64,000 nucleotides of DNA from a virus, in IMG/VR virus record IMGVR_UViG_3300037459_000226, positions 11,542-75,541 of that record. One strand, 5' to 3'. The notes below the pieces were generated by a model, which ran no database searches, was not told the origin of the DNA, and saw only the letters and a list, made by a program, of their open reading frames with translations. Below are positions 35,856 through 46,000 of the stretch, in pieces (positions within the stretch are counted from its first letter, which is position 1; each line of letters starts with the position of its first letter). The position numbers and the translations under genes were made by a program.

Positions 35856-36965
35856 TCACTCTGCTTTTGGAAACAGGCCGTCTTTTGAATCAGGAGGCTC
35901 GGCAGGCCCCGCCCGCAAGTCGGTAATCTGTTTGAACAGCTCGTTCGCCTGGTCAGCGGTGATGTCGCCGCTTTCGACGCCGTCTGGAATCATCTCCTTC
36001 TCGTAGCGCTCGACTGTCTCCGGCGTTTGCCATTCCGTGAGCATCCGACTGAGGAACTCGAAGACTGGCTCGTCGTCGGGATCGGGCGCTCTCGCCGTTT
36101 TCGTCTGGGGCGCGTCCGCATACACCGGAGGCCCGCCAGCTTCAGTGTCGGTTCCGGGGTCCATAGGAGCGTTATTGGGCTGCTGATACTTTTTGATTGC
36201 CGCCTCCTGGGCAAGACGCTGTGACTTTGTACCACGGGAGTAGGCAAGCGGGTCTTCCTTCTGTGCCCGCTCGGTGGCCTCCAGTACGGCCTCCATCTGG
36301 ACGAACTCATCCGGGGTCAGCGCACTGATGCTGGTGTAGAATCGGGCGGCGTGTCGGTACGACGTGATCAGAAGCATGTGGTTTGGGAGTCCACCCGCCC
36401 CCGTCTTCCACTTCATCTGCCCACTGTTCCAATCCGACATATACGCCTTGAACGCTGACGGGTGCGTGCGATGCTTATTGAAGATCGTGCACGTGATCGC
36501 GACAAGGCGCTCTTTTTCGTCTCGGTGTTCCTCGAATGTGTGACCGTCGTATCCTGGAACCCGCTGACAGCACTTGATCCAGCCGTCCACACCAATGATT
36601 ACGAACACCCGCCCGTCGTTCCCGCGGACGAGGTAGATTTCCTTGGTTACGGGGTCGAGGTTGTAGTTGGCAATCAGGACCATGCCGGCGAAGACTTCGG
36701 CGTTGGTGAATAGCGGGGCGTCAATCCTCCGAGGCTGGCCCTGTCCAGGAAAGTTCGGGTTGTCGATCTGACCCGGCTTGAAAATGCTCCGCCGCATGAA
36801 CTCCACAACACTGTCCGGGCTGATCCCGTACTTATCGCCGCAACGCTTCTTAATCTCCGGAACATCCTCCGTCTGCTGGATGACCTGATCGAGTAGACCC
36901 GACTGCTCCTGCTGTTGTGGTTGGGCCGGAGCGGACTGCGACTGCTTTTGGGTTGCTGATGGCAT
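35856..36965 (-). CDS. Bet/RecT-family single-strand annealing protein
   Basis: YNLDPVTKEIYLV, IIGVDGWIK, TC.I..K.R..P, W...P..ML; lies near the YqaJ exonuclease. Confidence 0.85.
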   Translation of the reverse strand: MPSATQKQSQSAPAQPQQQEQSGLLDQVIQQTEDVPEIKKRCGDKYGISPDSVVEFMRRSIFKPGQIDNPNFPGQGQPRRIDAPLFTNAEVFAGMVLIANYNLDPVTKEIYLVRGNDGRVFVIIGVDGWIKCCQRVPGYDGHTFEEHRDEKERLVAITCTIFNKHRTHPSAFKAYMSDWNSGQMKWKTGAGGLPNHMLLITSYRHAARFYTSISALTPDEFVQMEAVLEATERAQKEDPLAYSRGTKSQRLAQEAAIKKYQQPNNAPMDPGTDTEAGGPPVYADAPQTKTARAPDPDDEPVFEFLSRMLTEWQTPETVERYEKEMIPDGVESGDITADQANELFKQITDLRAGPAEPPDSKDGLFPKAE

Positions 36966-37005
36966 CTGCGTTTCTCCTGTTGTGATTGAAAAAGGGGCCT
37001 GCATC

Positions 37006-37431
37006 TCAGCCCTGCGCCCGCCTCAATTGGGACATCAGGTTCGCTCCCATCTGCTGTCTATCTAACTCCGGTATTGTGTCGATTGCGGCGTCGCCAACCG
37101 TCACCAAGCCCTCGCACGCGACAACCGTTGCTACGCACTCAGCGGATTCGTTGTGGTCGCCGACGTGCACCCGCACCGACAAGCTCGGACACATCCCCAA
37201 GATATCGAGCAGCACTTCGCGGACAGATTCTGCGTCGTAATTTCGCTCTGCCAGATTGCCGACCGCGCTGATTTGTTCTCCCGCCCAGTCCGGCAGACCA
37301 CAGACTCCGGCCGTATACACGAGACAGTGGAAGTTCTCGTAATCATCTCCGGGGTCCAGCATCTCACGCAGCTTCGGGACATCGTGAGCACCGCAGGTTC
37401 CCTCGATTTTGACTCGTCTCCAATCGCCCAT
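37006..37431 (-). CDS. Hypothetical phage protein
   Basis: 141 aa; GNLAER.Y motif. Confidence 0.6.
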   Translation of the reverse strand: MGDWRRVKIEGTCGAHDVPKLREMLDPGDDYENFHCLVYTAGVCGLPDWAGEQISAVGNLAERNYDAESVREVLLDILGMCPSLSVRVHVGDHNESAECVATVVACEGLVTVGDAAIDTIPELDRQQMGANLMSQLRRAQG

Positions 37432-37458
37432 GTCACACCCTTTCTATTTCACTTGGTT

Positions 37459-37677
37459 TCACAGTTCGTTTGAAAAGGCCAGAACGCGGTTTTCGGCGCC
37501 CTCCTCTGGCCGCATGGAAGGAGTAAGTATTCCTGGGGAGGGGTATGCGTTATTGCCGTGGCACTCACGCCTCACCACTTCCCTCGGCTACCGGCGCCAA
37601 ACAGAATCGACTGCTGTCAGACACTTTCGCCCTTAACCGCCGGGAACAGCGGAGTTCAAAGTCTCCTATAACTGTGA
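37459..37677 (-). ncRNA. Candidate ~220-nt structured intergenic RNA
   Basis: Terminal pairings TCACAGTT/AACTGTGA and TTTGAA/TTCAAA; crossing helices GGCCAGA/TCTGGCC and GGCGCC/GGCGCC; no credible ORF. Confidence 0.5.
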
Positions 37678-38625
37678 TCACTTGCCCTTGATCTCCCGCA
37701 TGTCGACGTAGCTCGACGGCTTCACGGTGTACTCTTTCTTGTGGATCTCTTTGCGGCGCACGATCCGACCATCCGGCAACTCGACTCCGAAGTTGTCGCC
37801 GATTTCTTCCTTGCACTTAGCTCGCGTGATGGCTCGCTCGGCCTTGAATCTTTTCTCTTCCTCGTACTGAGTCTTCTGCCATTCCCACATCGCGACGAAC
37901 TCTTCACTCGCCGGAACGATCAGCCCGCTGTCTACATTGTCGTAGATGCGGTTCGTAAGTTCGACAGCCGAGCGGTGCTCGTAGTTGACCTCCGGAGGGT
38001 CGTTGTGCTCCACCCGCTCGATCATCTCTTTCGCCGACGCAATCAGGATGTCGTGGATGCCGGCGTCCGCCTCGACGTGAAACCGCTTCAGCTTCCGGCC
38101 GTCGATCAACACGGCCACGATCGCGACCTCCATGTTCATCACGAGCAACTGTTGCTGCGCCTGAACGAGCCAGTCGGTGGGACACTCGTCCGTCTCTTCG
38201 TCCCCCATCTGGCCAGACTCCATCAGGATCTTCACGTAGAACCCGCACGACGTCTTGAGTTCGCACGGACAGACCTGCATGACCCGCTCGGAGTAGACCA
38301 GCGCGTCGGGAGTTGCTGAGACGTAGGGGTGATCGGCCATGCGGTACATGCCGACCGGATAACGCGGATCTCTGGCCGGCTCATACTTCAGCACGCGGTC
38401 CAGAACGACAGGCTCCAACAGCTTCCCCAACTCGACAGCGTCGTTGTCTGTGAAGTCTTCGGACTTGCCGCACTTCGACCAATACACGTCGGCCGGCTGA
38501 CGGTAGCTGTCCTTCATGCCGGCGGCCGCCGCGGCCTCACTCGCGCCGACGCTCAGCAATCGGGCGTCGTCCCACTCGGGAGTATTTTCGTCGGCTACGA
38601 AGATTGGTTCAGGCGGCGTCTTCAT
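37678..38625 (-). CDS. YqaJ/lambda-exonuclease-like recombination nuclease
   Basis: EW..AR...VGASEAAA, G..LEP, SATPD, ELKT, QAQQQL.V. Confidence 0.9.
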   Translation of the reverse strand: MKTPPEPIFVADENTPEWDDARLLSVGASEAAAAAGMKDSYRQPADVYWSKCGKSEDFTDNDAVELGKLLEPVVLDRVLKYEPARDPRYPVGMYRMADHPYVSATPDALVYSERVMQVCPCELKTSCGFYVKILMESGQMGDEETDECPTDWLVQAQQQLLVMNMEVAIVAVLIDGRKLKRFHVEADAGIHDILIASAKEMIERVEHNDPPEVNYEHRSAVELTNRIYDNVDSGLIVPASEEFVAMWEWQKTQYEEEKRFKAERAITRAKCKEEIGDNFGVELPDGRIVRRKEIHKKEYTVKPSSYVDMREIKGK

Positions 38626-38806
38626 TGACCTGTCCTTTCTTGATCTGCTTTGCACGACCGTGAAGCACATCGTGTTCGGCTCCGCACCGGCAATGATGCA
38701 CCAGGACGGTGTCCCAGTTCTTGCGGGTGTAGTTGGAGAACACGTTCTCCCTCCCGCACGTCTTGCACGTGTAGCCCGTCGGCGGCGGTTTCTTGTTACG
38801 ACCCAT
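38609..38806 (-). CDS. Small Zn-ribbon protein
   Basis: CKTCG...CRCG; GGGAG SD. Confidence 0.6.
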   Translation of the reverse strand: MGRNKKPPPTGYTCKTCGRENVFSNYTRKNWDTVLVHHCRCGAEHDVLHGRAKQIKKGQVNEDAA

Positions 38807-38847
38807 TCAAAAGCTCCCAGAGATGTCCGCCATGCCGATCAACCTTT

Positions 38848-39200
38848 GGCAACGATATACTTGACTCATCACTCTCCGGCCTCTTCGTCGATTACAAACC
38901 ACTCTGCGCCGCCGGCACAACCAGTCGGCCGGATCAGCCCTCGCCGCAGCAGCATCCAGACCACGAAATCAGATGGATCGTTGTTTTTAAGGTCTCCCCA
39001 TCCGAAGTAGTTCAAGATCCCCAGCGACTTCCCGGACTCGTCATAGGCGTCAGTCCGCAGGATCATCAGCTTCTCGCCGGCAGCAATACGGCTAAGGATC
39101 GTTCGATCCTCACGATCCAGACGCCTCGTTTTTGTGCGGTCGAAAAACGGGTTTCTACCTCTCACTGTCGCCCCCTCCGTGAGTCAAGTATGTCGGTGCC
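38848..39200. mobile_element. IR-flanked single-gene cassette B
   Basis: GGCAACGATATACTTGACTCA (38848-38868) versus reverse complement of 39180-39200, GGCACCGACATACTTGACTCA (19/21 identical). Confidence 0.65.
38869..39165 (-). CDS. Hypothetical passenger protein of cassette B
   Basis: 98 aa; GGAGGGGG SD next to the right IR; stop codon abuts the left IR. Confidence 0.6.
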   Translation of the reverse strand: MRGRNPFFDRTKTRRLDREDRTILSRIAAGEKLMILRTDAYDESGKSLGILNYFGWGDLKNNDPSDFVVWMLLRRGLIRPTGCAGGAEWFVIDEEAGE

Positions 39201-39210
39201 TAAGCAAGTC

Positions 39211-40680
39211 TCAAACAATTTCGCTGTGCAGTTCGCGATTGACGTCGTGCGCGTCACGTGACCGCGCCGTGACGATCCAGGTGTTGTGCTCGCGGGCCAT
39301 TGTCCGCATGTTGTCGATCGCCGCGTCGTCGAGACCCTCAAAGAAACCCTGTTCCACCGGGATCAATCCACCCGGCCCGACAGACCGTATCGCGATCTTC
39401 AATGCCAGTGTCGTCCGCTCGCCGTGGGAGAGTTCCGCGATGTAGGTCCGTCCGCGATCCGTGTCGACCACAATGCGAGTCTTGCCGCGCTCGTCCTCCT
39501 TGATCCCCATCTCGGGACACGCCTTTTCCACGGCCGATGTCAGGACGCCCGTGCAACCGTGTGCCGCCGTCCGCATTTCAGCCGCCACTTTCCCTAGCGC
39601 TTCGGCGTTCACATCGTACGCCTCGGCTTCTGTCTTTTTGAGACGCGCTTCGCGCACGACCTTGCAGTTCTGCATCTGCTCGGAGATGGTGGCCTCCGAT
39701 GCGACCAACTCTATGAGCTTCACTTTCGAGGGGCGTATCATTAACGAAAAACATTCGATCGTCTTTTGACACAGGAAGTTTGCAGCGTCTATCCGCTCGG
39801 CGTTTTGTGCGTGTTCGTCGCACTCCAGAATCGCCTGCTCTGCCGCGGCGACCTGCCGGCGCAGGTCAACTAGGTCTTCATTTAGGGCCCTTCTCCGGTG
39901 AACGACGTCGGACACCTTGTTCTTTGGCTGATCCACGATCTGTCTGCGGGCTGTATCCGCCGCGACTTCTGAGTTCGCGTACTGTTCGATCTGCCGGCGC
40001 AACTCTGCCTCTTCGCCAACAACCTTTCGGTACTCAGCCGCAATCACGGTGTCGTCGAACGGCTGATCAAGATCGACACCCTTAATCATCTCAAGGGCCG
40101 CGTCCCGTTTCTGCTCGAAGTTCTTCTGCGCGTCTTCCCGCTTACGGGCGACCGCCTCAATGTCACGCTTCACCGCAGCCGCCATCGCGACAAGGTCTTT
40201 GCCCGCGAGAGCCGACGGAGACACAATTGCCAGTAGGCGAGTCTCGCCACCAACCAGATCGTAGAACTTCCTGGCATCAGCCTCGACGCCAGTGATGCCG
40301 AGAATGGCCTTGATCCTGGCGGAATCGGCAGCGCCGGGATCGTTGAATCCGGGGTCAACCAGTTGGGCGATCGAAAATTTCCCCTCGTCAAGCGAAACCG
40401 CCTCTAGCTCCCCGGAGCGACGAGTAGAATTGCGAAACGTGACCGTGGCACCAAGACCACTCACGGAGGCCACGTCCGCACCATCTCGTTTGTTGAGCTT
40501 CCCCTCGCCCGTTACCCAGGTCCTCACCCCCTTGAGCAGTTCCGTCTTCCCGCTCCCGTTCGGACCTACGAAAGCGACGATTCCGCCGCCCTCCGGAAGC
40601 GGAATGGAAATCAGGGGGACCGGCCCGATCTCCTTAAACTCCAGCGTCTTCGTGCTACTGCTGCTGTTGCTTTCGCTCAC
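39211..40680 (-). CDS. SMC/Rad50-like coiled-coil ABC ATPase
   Basis: Walker A GPNGSGKT, central coiled coil, signature LSHGE, degenerate Walker B/D-loop (EQGFFEGLD). Confidence 0.8.
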   Translation of the reverse strand: MSESNSSSSTKTLEFKEIGPVPLISIPLPEGGGIVAFVGPNGSGKTELLKGVRTWVTGEGKLNKRDGADVASVSGLGATVTFRNSTRRSGELEAVSLDEGKFSIAQLVDPGFNDPGAADSARIKAILGITGVEADARKFYDLVGGETRLLAIVSPSALAGKDLVAMAAAVKRDIEAVARKREDAQKNFEQKRDAALEMIKGVDLDQPFDDTVIAAEYRKVVGEEAELRRQIEQYANSEVAADTARRQIVDQPKNKVSDVVHRRRALNEDLVDLRRQVAAAEQAILECDEHAQNAERIDAANFLCQKTIECFSLMIRPSKVKLIELVASEATISEQMQNCKVVREARLKKTEAEAYDVNAEALGKVAAEMRTAAHGCTGVLTSAVEKACPEMGIKEDERGKTRIVVDTDRGRTYIAELSHGERTTLALKIAIRSVGPGGLIPVEQGFFEGLDDAAIDNMRTMAREHNTWIVTARSRDAHDVNRELHSEIV

Positions 40681-40837
40681 GAGCTATGGCCTCCGCTACT
40701 TCGGACCGATGGACTGGGATCTCACGTGGCGCCTGGATACCCAAACGTACCTTGTCGCCGCGAATCTCGACAACAATGACTTCGATGTTCCCGTCGATGA
40801 TGATCTTTTCGTCTTTTTTTCGTGAAAGTACCAACAT
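40655..40837 (-). CDS. csrA: Carbon storage regulator CsrA/RsmA
   Basis: MLVLSRKKDEKIII..NIEV.VVEIRGDKVRLGIQAPREIPVHRSEV. Confidence 0.95.
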   Translation of the reverse strand: MLVLSRKKDEKIIIDGNIEVIVVEIRGDKVRLGIQAPREIPVHRSEVAEAIARERKQQQQ

Positions 40838-40867
40838 GCCTTCCCCCTTCCGTGGTGAGTGTTTCCG

Positions 40868-41080
40868 TTACGTTCCAATGTCCTCGTTTTGAATCCTCGC
40901 AAAGCGAGCATCCCACCCTGCCGCGTCTCTGATCTCTCGCGTGAGCCGCCCCGGCGTCGGATAGAGGCGCTCGTGAATCGCCCACAAGGCGACGGCGTCC
41001 ATTGTGAACGGACCAGGGTTACGCCGATGGTATTCGTCGACGACCTCCTGAAGTCTCTTCGTCTTCGTCTTACGTGGCAT
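40868..41080 (-). CDS. Small hypothetical protein
   Basis: MPRKTKTKRLQEVVDEY; start uncertain. Confidence 0.5.
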   Translation of the reverse strand: MPRKTKTKRLQEVVDEYHRRNPGPFTMDAVALWAIHERLYPTPGRLTREIRDAAGWDARFARIQNEDIGT

Positions 41081-41100
41081 CACTCTTCGTCTCCGAGGTG

Positions 41101-41478
41101 TCAGAGATAACAGCGGCAACCGGAGTCCACCAACTCGAACTTAGCAGTCGCGATGAACGTTTCAGGTTTATCCGTGCCCACCTCTTTGAACTCCGTGCAC
41201 ACCAGTTGTCCGGCATCCTCCGGCACAAAGTCGGACAACCTCACTGCGTCGCCGACTCGGTACGGAAGGTCCATGCTTAAACCGCTGACTGTGACTCTCG
41301 TCGGCCTAGTGCCAGCAATTCTGATTCCGACCGACTCTGGAGTCCCATATCGGCGACCGCCCGTGCGCATAAACTCTCGTATCGGCCCGCCGGGATAGTG
41401 CCGAACAGTCAACGTGCTGAGGTCCGCTTTCGGCTGGAACTCGACTCCACACTTTCGGCACTTCACGTTGGTAATCAT
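41101..41478 (-). CDS. Hypothetical protein
   Basis: 125 aa; ATGA coupled. Confidence 0.55.
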   Translation of the reverse strand: MITNVKCRKCGVEFQPKADLSTLTVRHYPGGPIREFMRTGGRRYGTPESVGIRIAGTRPTRVTVSGLSMDLPYRVGDAVRLSDFVPEDAGQLVCTEFKEVGTDKPETFIATAKFELVDSGCRCYL

Positions 41479-41720
41479 TCGCCGGCCTCATCGTCATCCA
41501 AAAACATCCACGGCTCGCCGAACTTGATCGCCGGCAACAAGACCGGCCACGGATCGCCTGATTTGAGATTTACCGCACGGAATTTCGAGTACCGATCCGA
41601 ACCCAACCACCACACAAGGATATCGGTATCGTCCAGCCACGTGTCGACAGCGAGATACACTCCGGGACGGTCGGGTAGAACGAGCGGTGGCGGTTTGACG
41701 AACTTTGTTGGGTGAGGCAC
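41475..41720 (-). CDS. Hypothetical protein
   Basis: 81 aa; GGAGG SD. Confidence 0.55.
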   Translation of the reverse strand: MPHPTKFVKPPPLVLPDRPGVYLAVDTWLDDTDILVWWLGSDRYSKFRAVNLKSGDPWPVLLPAIKFGEPWMFLDDDEAGE

Positions 41721-41721
41721 A

Positions 41722-42162
41722 TTATTCCTCCGCGTTCAGTGCGAGGTAAGCACAGTGGCATCCCGCGGGGGAGAATTCGCCGGACACATCGGCAACCGTT
41801 TTTGCCGGCATTCCACGAAGTATGCTGACGTGCCAAATATCGCCGCCGGCAAAGCTGTCGAGCGACATGTGGAAGCCCTTGCCAGTCATCGCCGCGAACA
41901 CCTGCACCGTGGCGGCGGGGTTGGTGGTGTAGCGAGGAACGATGTGTTCATAGACGAATTCCCCGTCGTCGCGCCACGCCGAGAACCCCATCGCGAAGTG
42001 ACGGCAATGCGGTTGCTTTTTCCAGACTCGCTCCGCTTCGATGAGCATTTCCGCTTTGGATGGAAGCTGCTCTCCAAAAACGTTCTCGTGAATCCAGGCA
42101 TCACGCCGCCACGCCGCCACGCCGTCCCAATCGAACACCGGGCTGGTTGCTGTGTCAGGCAT
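41722..42162 (-). CDS. Phage ABA-sandwich/BC1872-like protein (second copy)
   Basis: DAWIHENVFG...VPRYTTNPAA...V...C.CAYLAL. Confidence 0.6.
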   Translation of the reverse strand: MPDTATSPVFDWDGVAAWRRDAWIHENVFGEQLPSKAEMLIEAERVWKKQPHCRHFAMGFSAWRDDGEFVYEHIVPRYTTNPAATVQVFAAMTGKGFHMSLDSFAGGDIWHVSILRGMPAKTVADVSGEFSPAGCHCAYLALNAEE

Positions 42163-42709
42163 CGTCGGCCTCCCGCCTGTGCTTCAGCAACGCTATTTTC
42201 TCGTCTCTCAAAACAGCCACCAACGACTCCAACTCCGTCGCCCGCTTCCGCAGCTTGGCGTTGTCGGATACTGCCAGTTCCAGAGCACCACAAATCTTGT
42301 CGATTGTCTTTACGTTCCTTTCCGCTTCCTGAGCCTGGGCATCCATTGCGATGGACTGCTTTCGCAAATTGCAGGCTATCAAGTCTCTTTTGGACTGGAT
42401 CAACTTCTGCCGGAGCTTGGCGTTGTCGACTCGCAGGGCTTCGTGGCGGCGTATCCACAACTGGCAGTCTTCGCCGTCCATGCGAATCGGGTATCGGTCG
42501 CAGAGATCGTAATACACCACAGCGTCGGCGCTCATGTCGACGGGTGTTGGTGGGGGAATTTCGGGGGCGTCGTCCGTTTTGAAAAACGTTGTCGTCCACA
42601 GCCCCCGGCAATCGTCACAACGGAAGCACGGAACGCCCATGCCGTCGAATTGCAAGACCTTTCCGCATTTCGGACAGTCGGGTGCCTGCTCCGCAATTGT
42701 TGTAGCCAT
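42155..42709 (-). CDS. Zn-ribbon plus coiled-coil protein
   Basis: CPKCG...CDDC.G.W followed by a coiled coil. Confidence 0.6.
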   Translation of the reverse strand: MATTIAEQAPDCPKCGKVLQFDGMGVPCFRCDDCRGLWTTTFFKTDDAPEIPPPTPVDMSADAVVYYDLCDRYPIRMDGEDCQLWIRRHEALRVDNAKLRQKLIQSKRDLIACNLRKQSIAMDAQAQEAERNVKTIDKICGALELAVSDNAKLRKRATELESLVAVLRDEKIALLKHRREADDA

Positions 42710-42736
42710 TCTGACATCCCCCTCTCGTGGTGAGGG

Positions 42737-42765
42737 ATGTTAGTGATGTGGCCTACACTCGTCAA
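42737..42765 (-). promoter_or_regulatory. Sigma70-like promoter for the leftward operon
   Basis: TTGACG-N17-TAACAT on the - strand. Confidence 0.55.
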
Positions 42766-43046
42766 GCCCGCTTTCGGCCGTTTTTCAGAATTGTAGGAAG
42801 TTTCTTTCCGGTCAGATCGGAAATCGAAATCCCCAACTCGTCACAGATTCGACCGACAACTTTGATCGTCGGGGTGATGTGACCCTTCACAATCCGGTTC
42901 AGCACACTGAGATCCACTGCGGAACTGGTGGCGAAAGAACGCTGGCTTGGAGTGTCGGCTCGCGCAAAATAGAGGCTGAGTCGAGTCCGGATTCTTTCGC
43001 AGGCTACTTCGGATTGGGGTTCGGTATCTGTTGGCATGATGACCAA
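42762..43046 (-). CDS. XRE/Cro-CI family HTH regulator
   Basis: SQRSFA..SAVD.S.LNRI.KG...PT......IC..LG.SISDL; probable start at 43037. Confidence 0.85.
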   Translation of the reverse strand: MVIMPTDTEPQSEVACERIRTRLSLYFARADTPSQRSFATSSAVDLSVLNRIVKGHITPTIKVVGRICDELGISISDLTGKKLPTILKNGRKRA

Positions 43047-43051
43047 CGTCT

Positions 43052-46000
43052 TTAACGCCTCCGGGCTGCCGCGTCAAGGGGATTGCTGTCCTTGCGCAGC
43101 TTCGCGTTGTTCCGCAATTGCTTCACGACGGCCTCCAGGCCCTCGGCGATTTGCAGCTTGTCCGGGGTCATTGCGGCCTTTTCGTCGTCCGAGAAGTAGA
43201 CCTTCTCGAAGACGTTGGCGCCGTACTCGCGCATCAACATCTGGGCGGTCTCGCGAATCACCGCGTCCTGGGCGGCCGGACTGAGCGTCGTGAGCCGCAC
43301 GCCCGTGAACAGGTTCATCACCTTTTCGATCGCGTTCTTACGAGTGTCTGTCGCGGTCCGCAGGCTGGTGGTGATCCGGGCGGTCGGGAGGTTGGAGACC
43401 AACTGCTCAAAGCCAGTGCTGATGAACGGCCTCGCTCGGCCGCGTTCCGCCTTCTCTCCGCTGATGATCTGTTTGGCGTTCGAGATGATCCTGCCGATCG
43501 TGGGGTCGAGATCCTCTAACCGACGGCCTCCCATCGGGCCACGCTGGAAGAACGTCTGGCCGGTTGCGAATTCCAGCGGACCCTTGATCAGCGGGTTTGC
43601 GCGGCTGAGCAGTTCAAGTCCAACCGTCTTCGGCGTGCCGGCAAAGGCGATCGGGTCTTCGTGCATGAATCCGAAGCCGCTCAGAAATCTCTGGTCGCCT
43701 TGCGGTGTGGTGCCGAGCGGAATCGCCGCCTGCTGCGAGATGTACTCTGGGAGGATCTGGTTGTCTTCGCCGCGGAGATGGCGTGTCGCGCGGAGCGTCT
43801 GGGCCATCAGGCCGCCGGGACGCTCGAACAGTAGCTTCAGCGTCGGAGGCAAAACGTTTTTTGAAAACTTCCAGAAGGGAAACAGCCGCTGAGCCTTCTC
43901 GCGTTCGAACTGCGTGTACTTTCGGGCCGAATAGTCGATCTGGACGGCCTTGACGCGATCAGCCGCCTCACCCGGCCGAACTCCTCTCTTGAGCTGCTGA
44001 ATGAACGGTGCCAGACGGTTCATTCCCTCGACGTAGACTCCGATTTCATCGCCGGCTGCGCCGAGTGTGAAACGGCTCTCGGGCCGTCCTCCGAAGCCGC
44101 GCATTTCAAGTGGATTGAATGTCGTTCCTGGCTCAAGTCCCGTGGCTTTCCGGAGAATCCGCATCCCGCCGATCGGATGGGCGCCGCCGAGACCGCCCGG
44201 CATCTTCTGAGCCATCTCTTGCAGGCCGGTAGCTCCCTGCTCGACGGCTTGGCCGGCCACGCTGGCAACCTCACCCTGGCCGTGCACCAACTCGTGTTCG
44301 AAGGCCATGCGCCGGATCATGTCGGCCGCGTTGCCTGGAGTCAGCGCGCGCGACTCTTTCATCAGTCGCCAGCGGACTGCGGGGATTGCTTCGAGTCCTG
44401 CGAACGATCTGCCGCGCAAAATCGCGTGTGCCGCCCGGACGGAGTTCGCCGAAAACATCCCGTGCATCGCGTTGGCGACCTGGCCACTGAAGAGGTTGCG
44501 CGTGTGGAATGCCGGCGCGATACCGGTGACGTATCCCTTCCAAAGATTCGTCACGCTGTCGACGACCTGAAGGACTTCGTTCACGCCGTCCGGGGACTGG
44601 TAGAACTTCATCATCCGGCCGATGTCGTCGGCGATGTCCGCGTTCACGCTACGACTGAGGAAGTCGTCTGCCGACATACCGAGACGTTTAGCGGCATCCT
44701 GAACCCCCTGTGAGCCGTGGGCCATGTTGGCGTTTTGGAGAATGTTCCCGATCGTCTTGGTGTTTGCGTTGCGGCTCGTGTAGCCGAGAACGTCCGTGTC
44801 AGTCAGCATCTCCAGGATGGCCTTCCCGGAACGCGCCGCCCCGCCACTCATCTCCAGCTTGGCGAGAAGATCGACCAGTGGGTGATTACCGAACACGCCA
44901 CTCTCGCGAACGTTCTCGCTCAGACCGTGTGCCCACTTGGAGAAATCCTCTTCGAGATGAGCCGGAAGCGAACCACGAAAGCGCGGCGACTGGATGACGG
45001 TTTGTACGTCCTGCCAACGCGCCGCCGCTGCGACTTGCGGATCCTGAAGGATCTGTTTGATGCGAACCGTGCCGCCCTCGACGTTCTTGAGGAATGGTTG
45101 CCGACCCATCTCCGTCGGATCGAACGTCTGGAATCCCTTCTTCCCCTTCCCGCTCACAGCCCGCCGCAAACCGTACATCATCTCGGTCATAAATCGCGGG
45201 AAGTACCGGACCATGTCGTCGTCGAGAATTCCCGAGCGCAGGCCGGCGTAGTCGAGTTCCTGACGAACGCCCTCCAGCCGGCCCCACACATCGTTGACCA
45301 TCTGACCCATCTCGGGCGGAGCGGCCTCCAGCCCCTCGAAGATGTTCCGAAGCTGGTCGGCGTCCTTGGACCCAACCCGTCCCTGTTCGACCAAATCGGC
45401 GATCGCCCGGCCCACCAGCGCTCTGTTCTGCACGCGAGTTCCGGCAATCTCACCGGTGAGTTTCGAGGCAGCGCGCTGAATCGGGAGCGTCGACATATCG
45501 CGGACCGACGACGCAAACAGTCTCGCTCCCTGGCGAACGGGCCAAGTTGCCCGCATCGTTTCGCCGGCCCAATCCATCCCGCGGGCGAGTAGCTGCGCAC
45601 CACTGCCACGTGCAACCGCGACGTTACGGCCGAACGGAACGTGAAGTCCTGCCAGACCGCCGATCGGATCGTCCAGCATTGCGCGACGCCCGGCCTTTGT
45701 TGCCCCCTCCGGTCCAAGCTGCCTTGCCGCACGACTGAAATGTTTGAGTTCGCTTGGGGTCTGAATGACCTGCCGTGGCGTGAGCATCACGCGGCCCATC
45801 GCCTTGCCGTACCCCATGCCGCGGCCGGTCGCGGTAACGGCTCGCATCAGGCCCGCGTTCTTCATCGCAGTGCCGGCTAACTTCGTGACAGCAGACCCGC
45901 CGAGCGTCGCGTATGTTGCGGGATCGAAAAACACTTCCGCACCGAACCCAGCAACGTCACCCCAGTCAAATCCGGGCCTGTTCCTCCCGAGGGCCCCAAA

